This document shows positions 11,630 to 23,990 of a DNA stretch of 64,000 nt, piece after piece. Both the position numbers and the translations under genes were made by a program. Numbering within the stretch: position 1 is the stretch's first letter; each line of letters opens with the position of its first letter. Source of the DNA: Camelus ferus. Its lineage: Eukaryota. The stretch is taken from positions 11,844,001 to 11,908,000 of the forward strand of contig NC_045696.1 of NCBI RefSeq assembly GCF_009834535.1, in the 5' to 3' direction. Under the pieces are notes generated by a model, which did no database searches, was not told where the DNA came from, and saw nothing but the letters and a program-made list of their open reading frames with translations.

Positions 11630-11830
11630 TGGCAGGCGCTGTGCTAGGTACTTCGGTTTCACCTGCTGCTTTGTGAGGGCAGCTCTGAAGGTAGGTGGTG
11701 TTTTTTCCATTTTGTAGATGAGGAAACTCTCAGAAGATCAGTCACTGGCCTGATCACTTAGAGCCCGGCAGGGAGAGCTGGGCTGGAATCCAGGTTTCTG
11801 ACAGCAAGATGCTCTTTCCGTGTACTGTGC
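11630..11830 (-). mobile_element. MIR SINE
   Basis: 'ccattttgtagatgaggaaactctcaga...gagctgggctggaatccaggt'. Confidence 0.7.
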
Positions 11831-12529
11831 CCTTTCTTCTCTGCCGCTGCCTGTCTGTTAACGTACGTCACCCACACGTGGACGCACCTTCTTAGGACAC
11901 TGGAGTAGCACTCGGGGCAGAAGGGAAGAGTGCATCTTTTGTTATTTGTAATTGATGTTCATCTTCCTCCACTAGTCTGAGAGTTCCTTAGTCTGTTACC
12001 TTTACGTCCTGGGAGAGAAAGATCCTTTTTCACTCAACTTATACTCTGCTTTCTTACTATCCCCCTACCCCTATTCAAATGCAAATGTCAATTAAATTTC
12101 TGATTACAGTTATGTGACAGTTTCAGACACAAACACACACACAGGTGTGGCCACCCAACTACTCCCCCAAAGCACTAGAGACTGAGTAATGGAGCCAAGA
12201 TCTTGGCCCTTAGAGCAGCTATGGGTTTCCTTAAGGGAGAGAAAGGTGTCTTGGGGTCCTCTGCCTGGTGTTCTGACAGCCAGAAAGCCAGATGAGCTCT
12301 GTCCCCCAAATACCCTATCCCACCTACAGAGATGCTCCCTACTCTCTCTGGCTTCCTCAGAGCTGGTATCTTCTTATCTTCCTGTTGTTGTCTGAGAACT
12401 TGCTCAGTCCCCATGAAGTTTAACAGAGGGTGAGTCTAGACAGGTAAGAAGGTCCATTTCCCTATTCTGAATTGCCCTTCACTGAAATCCTGTATGATCA
12501 TCTCAGAAACTCTTAAAAATGTTACATAA

Positions 12530-13088
12530 TCATTTACAATAGCCAAGACATGGAAGCAACCTAAATATCCATTGAATGATGACTGGATAAAGAAGATGTG
12601 GTGTAGAAATACACTGGAATATTACTCAACCATAAAAAAGAAAACATAATGCTATTTGCAGCAACATGGATGGATCTGGAGATTGTCATACTAAGTGAAG
12701 TAAGCTAGAAAGAGAAAGAAAAATACCATATGATATCACTTACATGTGGAATCTAAAAAATGAGACAAATGAAGTTATTTACAAAACAAAAACAGACTCA
12801 GACGTAGAAAACAAACTTATGATTACGGGGGGAGCAAGGGAAGAGGGTAGGGAGGGATAAATTGGGAGTTTGAGATTTGCAGATAAATACTACTATAAAT
12901 AAAACAGATAAACAAGGTCCTACCATATAGCACAGGGAACTATATTCAGTACCTTGTAATAGCCTATAATGAAAAAGAATATGAAAAGGAATATCCACAC
13001 ACACGTTTATGTGTACAACTGAATCACTATGCTGTACACCAGAAATTAACACAGCATTGTAAATCAACTATATTTCAATTAAAAAAAA
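12530..13088 (+). mobile_element. L1 3' end with A-tail
   Basis: 'tttacaatagccaagacatggaagcaacctaaa...gcattgtaaatcaactatatttcaattaaaaaaaa'. Confidence 0.9.
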
Positions 13089-13649
13089 TTGTGTAGATTC
13101 AAGACTGGCTTTCCTTCAGTGACACAACCACTGAATTGGCTTGAAGGCATGATCTCCAAGGGCGGGCAGCTGCTGCTGAGGGCAGTTGGACATTGTTTAT
13201 ATTTGGGTCTGCGCTGTTGAGGGGTGGGTTTCCACCAGCCCCCAGAGCTGTTCACCAGGGCTTCACAGGCTGTCCTGGTCAGACGCAGGGCAGATGGACT
13301 GTGTGCCAGATGATTAAATCTTAGAATCACATCACACCAACGTGGAGAACAGGGCTATGGGGAATGGTCTGTTGTAAGTAGATTACACAGTTTATTTTAG
13401 GGGAAATTTCTATCCAATTTAGGTTGAAACTTGATAGCACATACTTTCCAAGCCCCCAGCTCTGCTTGTCTGGATCGCGCCCTTTCTAAACAGGCAGCTC
13501 TCCAAGCACAGCGGCCCGTGGGGTCACATCTGGACAGCACCCTGCCAGGTGGCTTTAATTCTGTTTTCTGTGTTTCTTTGGGCTGAGCTACCCCAAAGCA
13601 GACCCTTGCACCATCATTTTCCTTAAACATTGTTTTCAAGGTAATTTTC

Positions 13650-14420
13650 TTTTGTTTATGTATATATTTGAATAGGTAATATATTCACGTAGTTCAAAAT
13701 TAAAAATATACGAGTTTATAATAAAAAGTTTCTCTTCCATCTCTGTCCCCCAACTACCCTATTCCTCTACAGACAAGCTACTAATGTTTCCAGGTTCTTA
13801 TGTGTCATTACAGATATATTACACCGAAATTACTACATATCTATGTGTGTATAACTATCAATATATGCCTATGTAGCTATATATCTTTTTTCCCCTTTTC
13901 CTTGCTGCCTTTTACACAAATGGTAACACTCCATACTTCCCATTCTGCATCTTTTTTCCCCTCGTTTAACACTGGATTTTAAAGATCTTATCAATACATA
14001 GCTTCTGCCTTCTTGCAGCTATTTGTTTTGATATTATTTCAAACTTACAGAAAAGTTGCAAAAATCATATAAGCTTTCATTATACCTTTTACCCAAATAG
14101 CCCAGTTATCTGCATTTTGCCCCATTTGCTTTTATAATTCTCTCACCATGTATATAAATATACATCCACACATTTATCCATATATAGATGGAAAAGTATA
14201 TATACATTTGTCCATGTATATGGATAGTCTGTTCACATTTATCTATATATCTATCTCTCTCTCTATATATACACACACACACACCTGTTTTTCCTGATCC
14301 GTATGCGAGTAGAGTGCATTGGAAACATCGTGTCCCTTTGCTTTGAAAGTACTTCAGTGTGTCGTCTCTAAGAACACAGACACCCTCTTACATAAGCAGA
14401 GAACCTTTAATCACGTTTAA
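13650..14420 (-). mobile_element. Ancient L1 (L1MC/L1ME-like) 3' fragments
   Basis: 'ttgaataggtaatatattcacgtagttcaaaa' and 'ttatttcaaacttacagaaaagttgcaaaaat...cattttgcccca'; degenerate. Confidence 0.6.
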
Positions 14421-14611
14421 CTGCTCTTTTCTCCAAGTCTGATTTTATGTTGATTGTGTGGGTAAGTGTTCTTGTTAATTTGGGGACCAACATGCTGTAA
14501 CTTCTCTGTTGTAGGAGAGTAGGGGGGTAAAGCATGTCATTTCATACTGAGCCTAGGAGATGTTCTTTCTTGGACCTGTAGCCCTTCCCCGCTCTGGCCT
14601 TTCTGGTGGTT

Positions 14612-14826
14612 TTTGCTGGTCAGCCCTCCCTCTCTGCGGGCTCCGTATCTGTGGGTTCTGCACCCGCTGACTTGAACCACTTTGAGCTGCAACGGATGTG
14701 GATCGCGCGGATATGGAGGATTGACGATACTACGCCATTATACATAAAGGACTTGAGCACCGTGGATTTTGGTATCTGTAGGGGTTCCTAGGACCAGTCC
14801 GCCATGGCTATCGAGGGACAGCAGTA
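14612..14826 (-). mobile_element. Tigger2/MER2-type non-autonomous DNA transposon, internally deleted
   Basis: Both MER2-like ends: 'ctccgtatctgtgggttctgca' and 'tactacgccattatacataaaggacttgagcaccgtggattttggtatc...gagggacagcag'. Confidence 0.75.
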
Positions 14827-15169
14827 CTTTGCTCGTCTTTGCTCCGGGACAACGAGCAGCCTTTATTGGGACCAGGAGGATGGAATGTCCCTCTTAAAGA
14901 TGTGCCCCATCTCTCTCCTTCTTGGATCACTTGTAGCAGAAGATGGAGGCAGGAGGAGCGTCCTGGGGACGTTTTATGTTATTATTTAGTTGCAGTGTGC
15001 ATTAGGAGCCTGTCAAAAGTACAGAAAAAATTAGACCTGCCCAATCTCTTCGAACAAGAAGTGTAATTCAGTTTAACAGGTGTTTGTGGAGCTGGCCACT
15101 CCGTGCCAGCTGAGCTGTCAGCCCTGGGTCCATACACCGGGCTCCTGCCCCCAGCTGGTGCAAAGGTCT

Positions 15170-15850
15170 CCACTGTCCCTTCTCCAGCTCCAGACCTTCA
15201 CGCCCACGGCTGCTGGATTCGTTTTTCTAAAGCGCAGCTCCAGTGTGTCACTGCAAAATCACACTTCACTTAACCTTCCCTCGCCTGTCAGCCAAGGCAG
15301 GTGCCTCAGACTGGCATCAAGTCTCACCAGGTCTCACTGTTTAGTTTTCTTTTTTTTTGGTTGTTGTTTGTTTGTTTAACTCATGGGTTACCTGTACATA
15401 CTCTGCCTTTCAGCCCAAATGGATACTAAACACTATTCCCAGAATTATTCTTACAGTTTTCTGTTTCTTTGCCTTTGCTTAAGCTGTTCCAGCTCTCTGA
15501 AAATGCCAATCCACCTAATTCTTCATCCGTCAAGAGCCGTTTCCAGTAGCAGCTCTCTCTTGACCCCTTTCTTGAAATTCTCAACTCAAGCTCTCTTCCT
15601 CTTTTAAAGCCTTCTATTATTTCGTGTCTTTTTTAAATCATTGGTTGGTTGTGTGCCTTAGATGTTTGCGTATTTAGCCCTCTCACACCCCTGTCCCTCT
15701 GATTAGATTACAATTCTTCAAAAGGCTGAAATTCACCCTCCTTCCCACTCTCTGTCACTACCCCTGTTCCAGAAAGAATTCAAGGCTGTTGAATTTTCCA
15801 CAGACCTGCACTGCACCTGGCATGTAGTTGGCGCTCAGATATTTGCAGGA
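15170..15850 (+). mobile_element. L2 LINE fragments
   Basis: Degenerate L2 3' region ending 'cacctggcatgtagttggcgctcagatatttg'. Confidence 0.55.
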
Positions 15851-16051
15851 TTCAGCTTAATGAAAGGAAGAAGGTCACTGAGCGGTTTTGGTAAATTTAC
15901 ACTTGTAAATACTGGGGATGTCTGGGAGTGTGCATATATCCATTGCCAAACAACTTTGTTTAAAAATGTATACATATTAACTATTGACTTCATTAAAAAC
16001 GCAACTTCATCTAAACACACCTTAAGGATCTTTATCTAGCCAAATTCAATT

Positions 16052-16184
16052 TTTTTTTTTTTTTTTTGGCTGAGGGGTTAATTAGATTTATTTATTTATT
16101 TTTGGAGGAGGTACTGGGGTTTGGACCGAGGACCTTGTGCCTGTTAAGCATGCCCTCTGCCACTTGAGCTATACCCTCCCCTCC
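16052..16184 (-). mobile_element. tRNA-Ala-derived SINE (camelid vic-1-like)
   Basis: Antisense head 'ggaggtactggggtttggaccgaggaccttgtgcctgttaagcatgccctctgccacttgagctataccctcccc'; TSD agccaaatt(c/t)aatt at 16038-16051 and 16190-16203. Confidence 0.85.
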
Positions 16185-16974
16185 TCTAAAGCCAAATTTA
16201 ATTCTTGTCTTCTCACTGAGCACATGTGCACTTATTTTAGAATCGGTATATATGTAATGTGACACATGGATATTTTTTCACTTAACATTTCATATATACA
16301 CATATTAATTATTTTAAATGCTTGAGTAGTCTCAGGAAGCTAGTTCCTGAAGAATAAATCTACAGGCATATAGAAGAGATGTCTTCTGTCTCGTCAGATG
16401 GTGTTATCATTTGTTACATGTCTATTTTCTGAGGCTAGAAAGCCTTACGTGAAATTCATATCTTTAAGAAGATGATTTATGTACTATTATCTACTGCTTG
16501 TGCTTCTCACTCAGCTCCATTCCTGAAAAAATTGCCCTGAAATTTTTCCTTTCTCCAAGTCTTATAGATTCATGAGTCAGTTTATTTAAAGTCTAAATTC
16601 AGAGAAGACTTTCAGCAGCTGGTAGTCTATGAATTGCTAAAGCTGAAGAGAGAAATGTATAAGATCTTTCAAATCCTCGCTTTCATTGTGCTTCCCATGT
16701 GGCCTCAGAGCACCCATTTTCTACCTCTTGAATGTGTCTTGAAGGGTATCAGCTGCTTCACCTTCTGTTTGGATTTAGCTACAATCAGGGCACAGAGGAG
16801 GCAGAGTTGGGAAACAGATTGGTAATTGACAGGAAGACATTATGAAGGTTCTAGTCACGTGTCCTGTCACTGCCTTGCTGGGGATCTAGTCCCTACCATC
16901 TGACACATTCTCTTTCAGCATTAAGGAGTTGGTAGGATCTCAAACACTTAGTAGTGAACCTTGGTATAGGATTC

Positions 16975-17420
16975 TATCAGTGAGGATGTTTTTGATTGCT
17001 AGAAACAAAAGACCTAACTAAAAGTATCTTAAAACAATATGAGGGATAGTATCTTACATTGATGGTTCCAAGGTTAATTTGACAATTCATGGATGGCATC
17101 AGAATTGAGTTCTTTGGTCCCATTTTCTTGCTCCACTATCCTCAGTGTATCTGCTTGATCCTGGGGTGATTTCTACACAGTGGCAAGGATGGCATCTGGA
17201 GTTGGAACATTGTAAGTAAGTGCAACAGTACTTCGTAAAAAAAATGGCAGACATTTCCTCCAGCTTGCCTTTTTTCCCCCATAGGCAATGAAAACTCTTC
17301 CCAGAGCCACCAGGTGACGTCTCCTCTTGTTCTATTGGCTAGCACTGGATCACATGGCTGGCTGTAACCCAATCACAGGCAAGAATGCCCCTGATTGGTT
17401 CATGTAAGGCCTAATGCGGG
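16975..17420 (-). mobile_element. Old MaLR LTR (MLT1J/K-like)
   Basis: 'tcagtgaggatgtttttgattgctagaaacaaaagacctaactaaaag...tctattggctagcactggatcacatggc'. Confidence 0.55.
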
Positions 17421-17596
17421 TTGGGGGAGGCAGTTCTCCAGTCCACTTGGCCTTGAGAATGTGCACCTGAACAGTGAGTATTCTGTTGGTAAGGAGGGCG
17501 GCACCCAGAAGTGGCTCTTGGGATGACAACTGTTGACATATTGTTAATTTTTAAAGATCAGTCTAGGCCTGCTGATGGCCTTCAAAAATTTCTTTT

Positions 17597-17650
17597 GTAC
17601 ACCAGAAACTAGCACAACATGGTAAATAACTATACTTCAATTAAAAAAAA
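17597..17650 (+). mobile_element. Short L1 3' terminus
   Basis: 'gtacaccagaaactagcacaacatggtaaataactatacttcaattaaaaaaaa'. Confidence 0.75.
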
Positions 17651-18162
17651 TTTTTATTCCTTGCCTTACCCAAGGGTGATGCTTGGATATTTTGAATTTC
17701 TGCATTACTGGGTATGATATCTTCCTGAAACTTTAGGCTATCTGTAAGAATTTTTTATGGCTATCAAACTACTTAATCATTTTACATGAGGTAGAGTTAG
17801 AGGGGCCCTCACAGTGACCCCACGTCATGCTAAGAGGGGGAGAATGACCTGCCTTTTTTTAGTTAACAGGAAGGATGACAAAAAAGGTGCATCAGATAAT
17901 GGGCATCTGTGCATTGTGTAGGTTTTTTGTGCTTTTTGTTTTGTTTTGTTTTGTTTTCAATGGTGGGAAGAGACTTTAAAATAATGCAGATACAAATTCT
18001 TTGGGAAAAAATAGGAAAAGCAAACTTTTCTGAGTCCCTTAGAATTCTTTCCCTTTTTTCCCCCCATTAAGACAAACATTCACACAAGGCCCTGGATTAA
18101 AAAAAGTCTTCTTTTTCCCCTCAATCCTATTGGTTAATAAAATTGTTGAAAGGAAATTTCAG

Positions 18163-18358
18163 TGATCTGGAAACCTGATTTTTCTGGAAGCCGTCTTTGA
18201 GCCATTCCAGCATGGAAACAGCCATGCGTGCCGGGGGGCTGACCTCACAGCCCGTGGCTCTTCCCCTCTGAGCACTTTCCGCTGTGAGATGGATGAGGAG
18301 CTGACAGGCCGTCTCCGACTCAGGGCAGCATCTGTACTCAGGAGCAGATCCCTTGCAG
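18163..18358 (+). other. Candidate alternative 5' exon
   Basis: Repeat-free CpG-enriched patch; ATG at 18289 open to a possible donor CAG|GTGTGC at 18359; 5' boundary uncertain. Confidence 0.3.
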
Positions 18359-19097
18359 GTGTGCGGTGTGCGTGGCCTCTTGGGGGTGGCTTCCCCACAC
18401 CGGCTGTCATCGAACCAGGATGTCCCCTCAAGTCTGGCAAGCGGGGTCACCGCCTCTTTCCTCGGCACAGTTATTATTACCTTAGAGATGGATACGTACC
18501 CGGCGCCAACGGCAGTCTTGAAATCTGTGCTTGGCAGGAATTCTTTTTTGTTTATTATTTCTTTCCTGTCCATAAAAGGTATTTTTGCTGGTGAGGATGT
18601 AGAAATACAGGAGGGTGCAGGGAAGAAAACAAAAGTTGCCCAAATTCCACCACTCGCGAATAACTGCTGTTAACATTTCTGTCTTTTTACCATCTTTTAC
18701 CTCCTGCATCTCTGTCCTTCCTCCTTTCTTTCTCCCTTTTTCTTTCTCTGTCAGCACTTAATGAGGATCGCACAGAATATGGATATAATTTTGTATTTTT
18801 ACCCTAGTTAATACACTGTCTGGAGTCAGATTGGTTGGATTCAAGATCTCCTCTAAGCAATGTGTGACCTCTATGTGCCTCAGTTTGCTAATCTGTGAAA
18901 GGGGGCGAACGCTGTTGAGGGTGCATTGTGAAGATATCCATGGAGTGGTCAGTCTGGTGCCAGCGTTAATGTCACCTTATGTCTTGGTGACCAAACCCCT
19001 CACAGCTTTCCGCAGCCCCGACCCCTGATGCTGTACAGTAGGACTGAAAACCCTGGCTTCTGGCAAAGGGAAGCAGGACATCCTGGGCAGCTTAGAG

Positions 19098-19229
19098 CAG
19101 GGTTTCTCAACCTTGGTACTGTTGACCTTGCAGGTCCTAGGCCTTGCAAGGCTTTTCCCACTAGAGGCATTAGCACCCCTCCTCCAACTCCAGACATTGT
19201 CAAAATCGCCGTGGGTTGAGAACCACTTG
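19098..19229 (-). mobile_element. MER20 (hAT-Charlie), internally deleted
   Basis: Ends cagggtttctcaacc...ggttgagaaccact. Confidence 0.7.
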
Positions 19230-19962
19230 ACTACTAGACTACTCAGAATTTATTGCCCGTGGCCACCCGGAACAAAAGTGATCGGCGCCTTTGAGGGTCA
19301 GACACTGGCTTCTCCCACCTGCTTTCCCAGTCTCTGAATATCTGTCATGCATTTGGTTTGAAGGGTTGAAGCTGCAGGACCCAGCTGTCCTAGAACCCAA
19401 GGAAAGACCTGCCTGTGGCTGAGACACCATGTCACAGCCAGGGCCACTGCCTGTCCTTTCCTGCCCCAGATTGAGATGCCCATCAGGTGAAGGGGCCGCA
19501 CCACAGGAAGGTCCCTGAGCAGCGATGTGACTCTCGTTCTGTCTCAGGCTGTGGGCAAGGCAGCGTCTCACAGTGTGCTTCTGCTCCAAGACTCCTCTAA
19601 ATCAAAGACCACTGGGCTCTAATGGGCCTCAGGCCCCCCATGAGGAAGCACAGCCCAGCCCCTTCCCTTTTCCACCGAGAGCACGGGAACAGGAGCCCTC
19701 TGTGGGGCCAGGCTGCTGAGCTCAGTCACGAGGAGCAGTCAACTGTAACCTGCATGGTTCAAGCACCGCCCCCAAGCCCTGGGCTGCAGTGAGGACACAG
19801 AGCATTTGTCAAACGTAAATGAGGTGCTTCGTAAATCTCGCAGCGGATGCTCCCTTGGCCCCTCTTGTCCTGACTCTGAAGGATGTCCTGGCCCAGCAGG
19901 ACAGTCTTTTCACCTGCCTGTGGTTCTCCTCGGACTTAGTGGCAGGATGATGGTGGCACCGC

Positions 19963-19981
19963 TGGCCTCCAGGGGGCGGTG
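19963..19981 (+). promoter_or_regulatory. CTCF motif
   Basis: TGGCCTCCAGGGGGCGGTG, close to the core consensus TGGCCACCAGGGGGCGCTA. Confidence 0.65.
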
Positions 19982-20041
19982 GGGAGTTTTCTGAGGCCAC
20001 CGACCAGCTGGCAGAGGGCAAGGGTTTTCATTCTTTCCCAG

Positions 20042-20267
20042 AATGATTCAAAGTGGAAAATGGTGATGATCCAGTCTGGATGGCCAAGAGGCTCCCCATC
20101 CTCTTGTGTTGGCAGTGCAGCCAGGCGCCTCTCCACGCGCAGCCCAGGTGGTCCGGGGGTGAGACTCGTCCTGAGGTGTGGATCATCGGCAGGTAGAGGA
20201 CTGGAGCTGATTTCCACGCGTTGATGCGCAGCTTATCCTGATGGCGTGACGAGGACGGCCCCTCAGG
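20042..20267 (+). other. Candidate non-coding exon (226 nt)
   Basis: Acceptor ttttcattctttcccAG| and donor AGG|GTAAGC; CpG-rich body; the three 5' ATG-initiated frames I translated stop within the exon. Confidence 0.35.
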
Positions 20268-20616
20268 GTAAGCGAGTGAGAGCACCTGGAACCTACGTGT
20301 GCTTAGGCGGCAGCGCAGAGCTCAGAGGACTGGCTCTGGAGTGGGCTGTGACTTCCCCTCCCCGACGGTGTGACCTTGCATGGGGAGACTCACTCTCTTT
20401 GTGCCTCAGTTTCCTCATCTGCAAAATGGGGGTGATAGTAGCTCCTTCCCCTCAGGAGTGTTCTGAGAATTGAATGTGCTTAGATCCATATCTGGCCCAT
20501 GGTTAGCAGTCAACTGTTGTTGAACTCTTGGCTCTGTGCTACCTCCCTGGGACACAAAATGTGCATCGTGTGCACTGGATAAAGGGCAGGCTGTCTTTGG
20601 GGCTGTGGGAGCTGCA

Positions 20617-21062
20617 CAGGCCGACCTCAGCTTTGGCTCCAGACCACCGCAATAAAGTGAATATTGCAATACAGTGAGTCACGTGAATGTTTTTGTTTCC
20701 CAGGGACTAAAAAGAATGGTTATGCTCTACTGTAATCTAAGTGTGCAAGGTACATACCTTACGTCAAGAGTGCTTTTTTTGCTAAAAAATGCTAACCATC
20801 ACCTGAGCCTTCAGTCGGATGTGTCGCACTAGTAACATCAAAGATCCATGATCACAGGTCACCATGATAAATATAAAAATGAAAAAGTTTGAAATATTGC
20901 AAGAATTACCAAAACGTGCTGCAGGGATGTGAAGTGAGCAAATGCTGTTGGAGTAACGCTGCCGATAGACTTGCTCGACCCGGGGTTGCCACAACGCTTC
21001 CATTTGTAAGAAATGCAGTGTCCGTTCAATGAAGCAAAGCACGGTAATACGGGGCGTTATTA
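20617..21062 (-). mobile_element. Tigger1-derived non-autonomous element, internally deleted
   Basis: 'ccagaccaccgcaataaagtgaatattgcaata' end joined to the 'cactagtaacatcaaagatc...gccgatagacttgctcgacccggggttgccaca' end. Confidence 0.85.
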
Positions 21063-21150
21063 TAAAACGTCTGCACTGAGGCTCCTGGTGCAGCGGCGGC
21101 TGCTCGTCCAGTACAGAGAATAATGTCCTTAGAAGTTTGCGGCTCGAGGT

Positions 21151-21917
21151 GTGGAGAAAAGGGAACCCTCCTACACTGTTGGTGGGAACGTAATATAGTG
21201 CAGCTGCTATGGAAAACAGTATGGAGGTTCCTTAAAAAAATTAAAATAGAGTTGCCCAATGATCCAGCAATCCCACTCGTGGACGTGTATCTGGAGAAAA
21301 CTGCAAGTTGAAAAGATACATGTAATGCAGTATTCACAGCAGAGCTATTTATAATAGCCAAGGCAGGGAAGCAACCTAAATGTCCATCAACAGATGAATG
21401 GAAAAGAAAGATGAGAGATATATACACAATGGAATCCTACTCAGCCATAAGAAGAATGAAATAATGCAATTTGTAGCAACGTGGGTGGACCTGGAGATTA
21501 TCATACTAAGTGAAGTAAATTAGACAGAGAAAGACAAATACCATATGATATCACTTATATGTAGAATCTTAAAAAAAATGACAGAAATGAACTTATTTAC
21601 AAAACAGAAACAGACTCACAGACATAGAAAACAAATTTACGGTTACCGAAGAGGAAAGGGGGTGAGGGAGGGGTAAATTAGGCATGTGGGATTAGCAGAT
21701 ACAAACTACTATATACAAAATGATAAATAACAAGGTCCTGCTGTATAGCACATGAAACTATATTCAATAACCCGTAGTAAACCATAATGGAAAAGAATAT
21801 GTATGTATATAGATGTGTAACTGAATCACTATGCTGTATATCAGAAACTAACACAACATTGTAAATCAACTGTGCTTCAAGAAAAAACAAAAAGAACTGT
21901 CAAAAAAAAAAAAAAAA
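21151..21917 (+). mobile_element. 5'-truncated L1 with poly(A) and 20-bp TSD
   Basis: ORF2 C-terminus ([12 protein letters not shown]...[11 protein letters not shown]), 3' UTR and poly(A); TSD agaagtttgc(g/a)gctcgaggt at 21131-21150 and 21918-21937. Confidence 0.95.
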
Positions 21918-23744
21918 AGAAGTTTGCAGCTCGAGGTCTAAATTTTGACTTGTAATTCCAGAGTTAGCCTTTTGGCTTCTCTCTGTCTCCCGTCTCCACA
22001 CTCTCAGGCCAGAGTGATATTAAACATTTCCACTTTTTTGTCTCGAGATTGCCACCTGACTTTTATAGGCTCCTAGAAAATGCCTCAATGACTTGTACAG
22101 TGTTCACCCAACAGTTCAGCCTCTTGATATCTGCATCCCTGTCCGGTCTCTACCGTAAAGACGTGAGGATGAGGACAGCAGGGTCAGAGAACCACTTCCT
22201 GGGACCGGTTGGAATATGCATGGACTATGGAGTAAGGAGGGGGAAGCTTGGTGCCCTCGACTTGTTCCTAATTCTCTGTTCCTCTGTGGCTTTATTATCT
22301 CAAAGGAGGCCTTCATGGCACACAGCCTGCCTGGCCACTGTGGCCCCTTCTCTGTCTTAGAGATGTGGTGTTACCTGCAGGCTCTGCCCCTGGGCCACCA
22401 TCCATGGCAGAAGAATGGAGTGTCATTGACCTGGCTGTGCCTGGGGAGGCCTTGGATCCTGAGGATGCCATGGCTGGGGGCAGGGTCTTCCAAGTTCCGT
22501 AGAGTCCCCATCCTGGGTGAGTGGGAATCTGACATGTCAGGACGCACAGTGCTGTGGGCCTCGGGGCCTGGCTGGTAGCTCGGCCTTGAGTGGGTTTACC
22601 CATGAAGAAACTGGTGGATGAAGGATTTGGAACCCACACAGTATTTTGCTTCCCAGACTTTGGCAGATTCTTTCTCTCCGTTCCTCTCCTTGTTCACACT
22701 GGTTAGAAGAGCTGATACGCAAGTGAGATCCTTGTTCGGGCAGCTGGATTTGGAGACCACCCACAATGCTCACTGCATGGTGTTAATTCAGTAATCGGAT
22801 ACTGAAGTCTGCATGTCTTGGGCTCATACCTGTTGGGTACGTGCCCTTAGACGGAGCAGGGAGCAAAGCAGACACAGCCCCCCACCCCCCGCAGCCTCCC
22901 GCTCGAGTCCGTGGGGGTGATGGAGACTGACAGGTGGTTGGAGTTCAGCGTGCTCAGTGGGTTTCCCGACTCTTTTCTCAGCAATGATCAGGGGTCTGGA
23001 GCTCCTGGTTCACTTCCATTTTCCAAGACTGCCCTAGTTCTGCTTAGGAGTTCCCCGCCTGGACTCTGTGTTCCCACCTGCTGGGGACAAGGGACATTGT
23101 CTCTGGTTCTCTGTGCAGATCTGTCATGCTGCTCCTCGGCGGCGTGTGCAGACTCTCACAGCATTGACTAGAGTCACAGTTACCTCTCTGGTTCTTGACT
23201 GTGCAGTTCTCTGGAGTGCTGGTAGGGCCAGCCATGCTGCCGCCCTGGATGTCACATGAATCTTGGCCCCTCGAGATTCTGATTGTCCCAAAATGAATGG
23301 AAGAGGCTGTCACAGAGCAGCTGCTTCTGCACTGAGGCATCCACAAAGCGAGAAATGAGTCTCACCATGTTGAAACTGTGACATGTGTTTGAAAATAAAG
23401 TTTTAATTAGAAGGAGCATTTCTCAGCCTCAACCTGGTGCTGGCTGTTTTAACACTGAGCCTAAAATAAACCAGCTCCAACTTCTTGGCACAAGACCCAC
23501 TCTGCCATTTACACACTGACTCTTTTGGGCGGAAGCATGTGGTGTAGTTGTGTGTGTGTCTTTTCAAGACCTCAGATTTCATAAAACAGAAGAGAGGAAT
23601 GGTGTTTGCTCCCAGAGTGGTGGGGTCTGCAGCAGCATTTGGTTTGGACTTGATGGTTTTGGTCTACTTATCTTCACTTACGTTTATAAAACACCTCCTT
23701 CTCTCTAAACATAAGTCTAAGGACATGATAGAAGGAGCCAGCAC

Positions 23745-23990
23745 GAGAGGCAGCGTGGCGTGGTGTGAGGCCAGGACCACAGCCTTGGAGTCAGATAGAC
23801 CTGGGTTCACATCCTTCTTCCTTGACCAACGGCATGGCTTTGGGCAGGCCACTTAATCTCTGAACTTTGGACCCTCATTTTAATATTTGTATGACACCAT
23901 CGTTACCAGTTTGACAGTGATGCTCATAGATAATATATGCACAGAGCCTGGTGCAGTAGTAGCTTGTTAAAAGGTATCCATTATTATTAT
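23745..23990 (+). mobile_element. MIR SINE
   Basis: 'ggcagcgtggcgtggtg...ttggagtcagatagacctgggttcacatcc...ttgggcaggccacttaatctctgaac'. Confidence 0.75.

Noticed and set aside
21123..21311. ORF resembling a reverse transcriptase protein C-terminus (also 10608-10817 and 62615-62821)
   Set aside because: Decayed L1 ORF2 remnants in truncated elements, not host genes.
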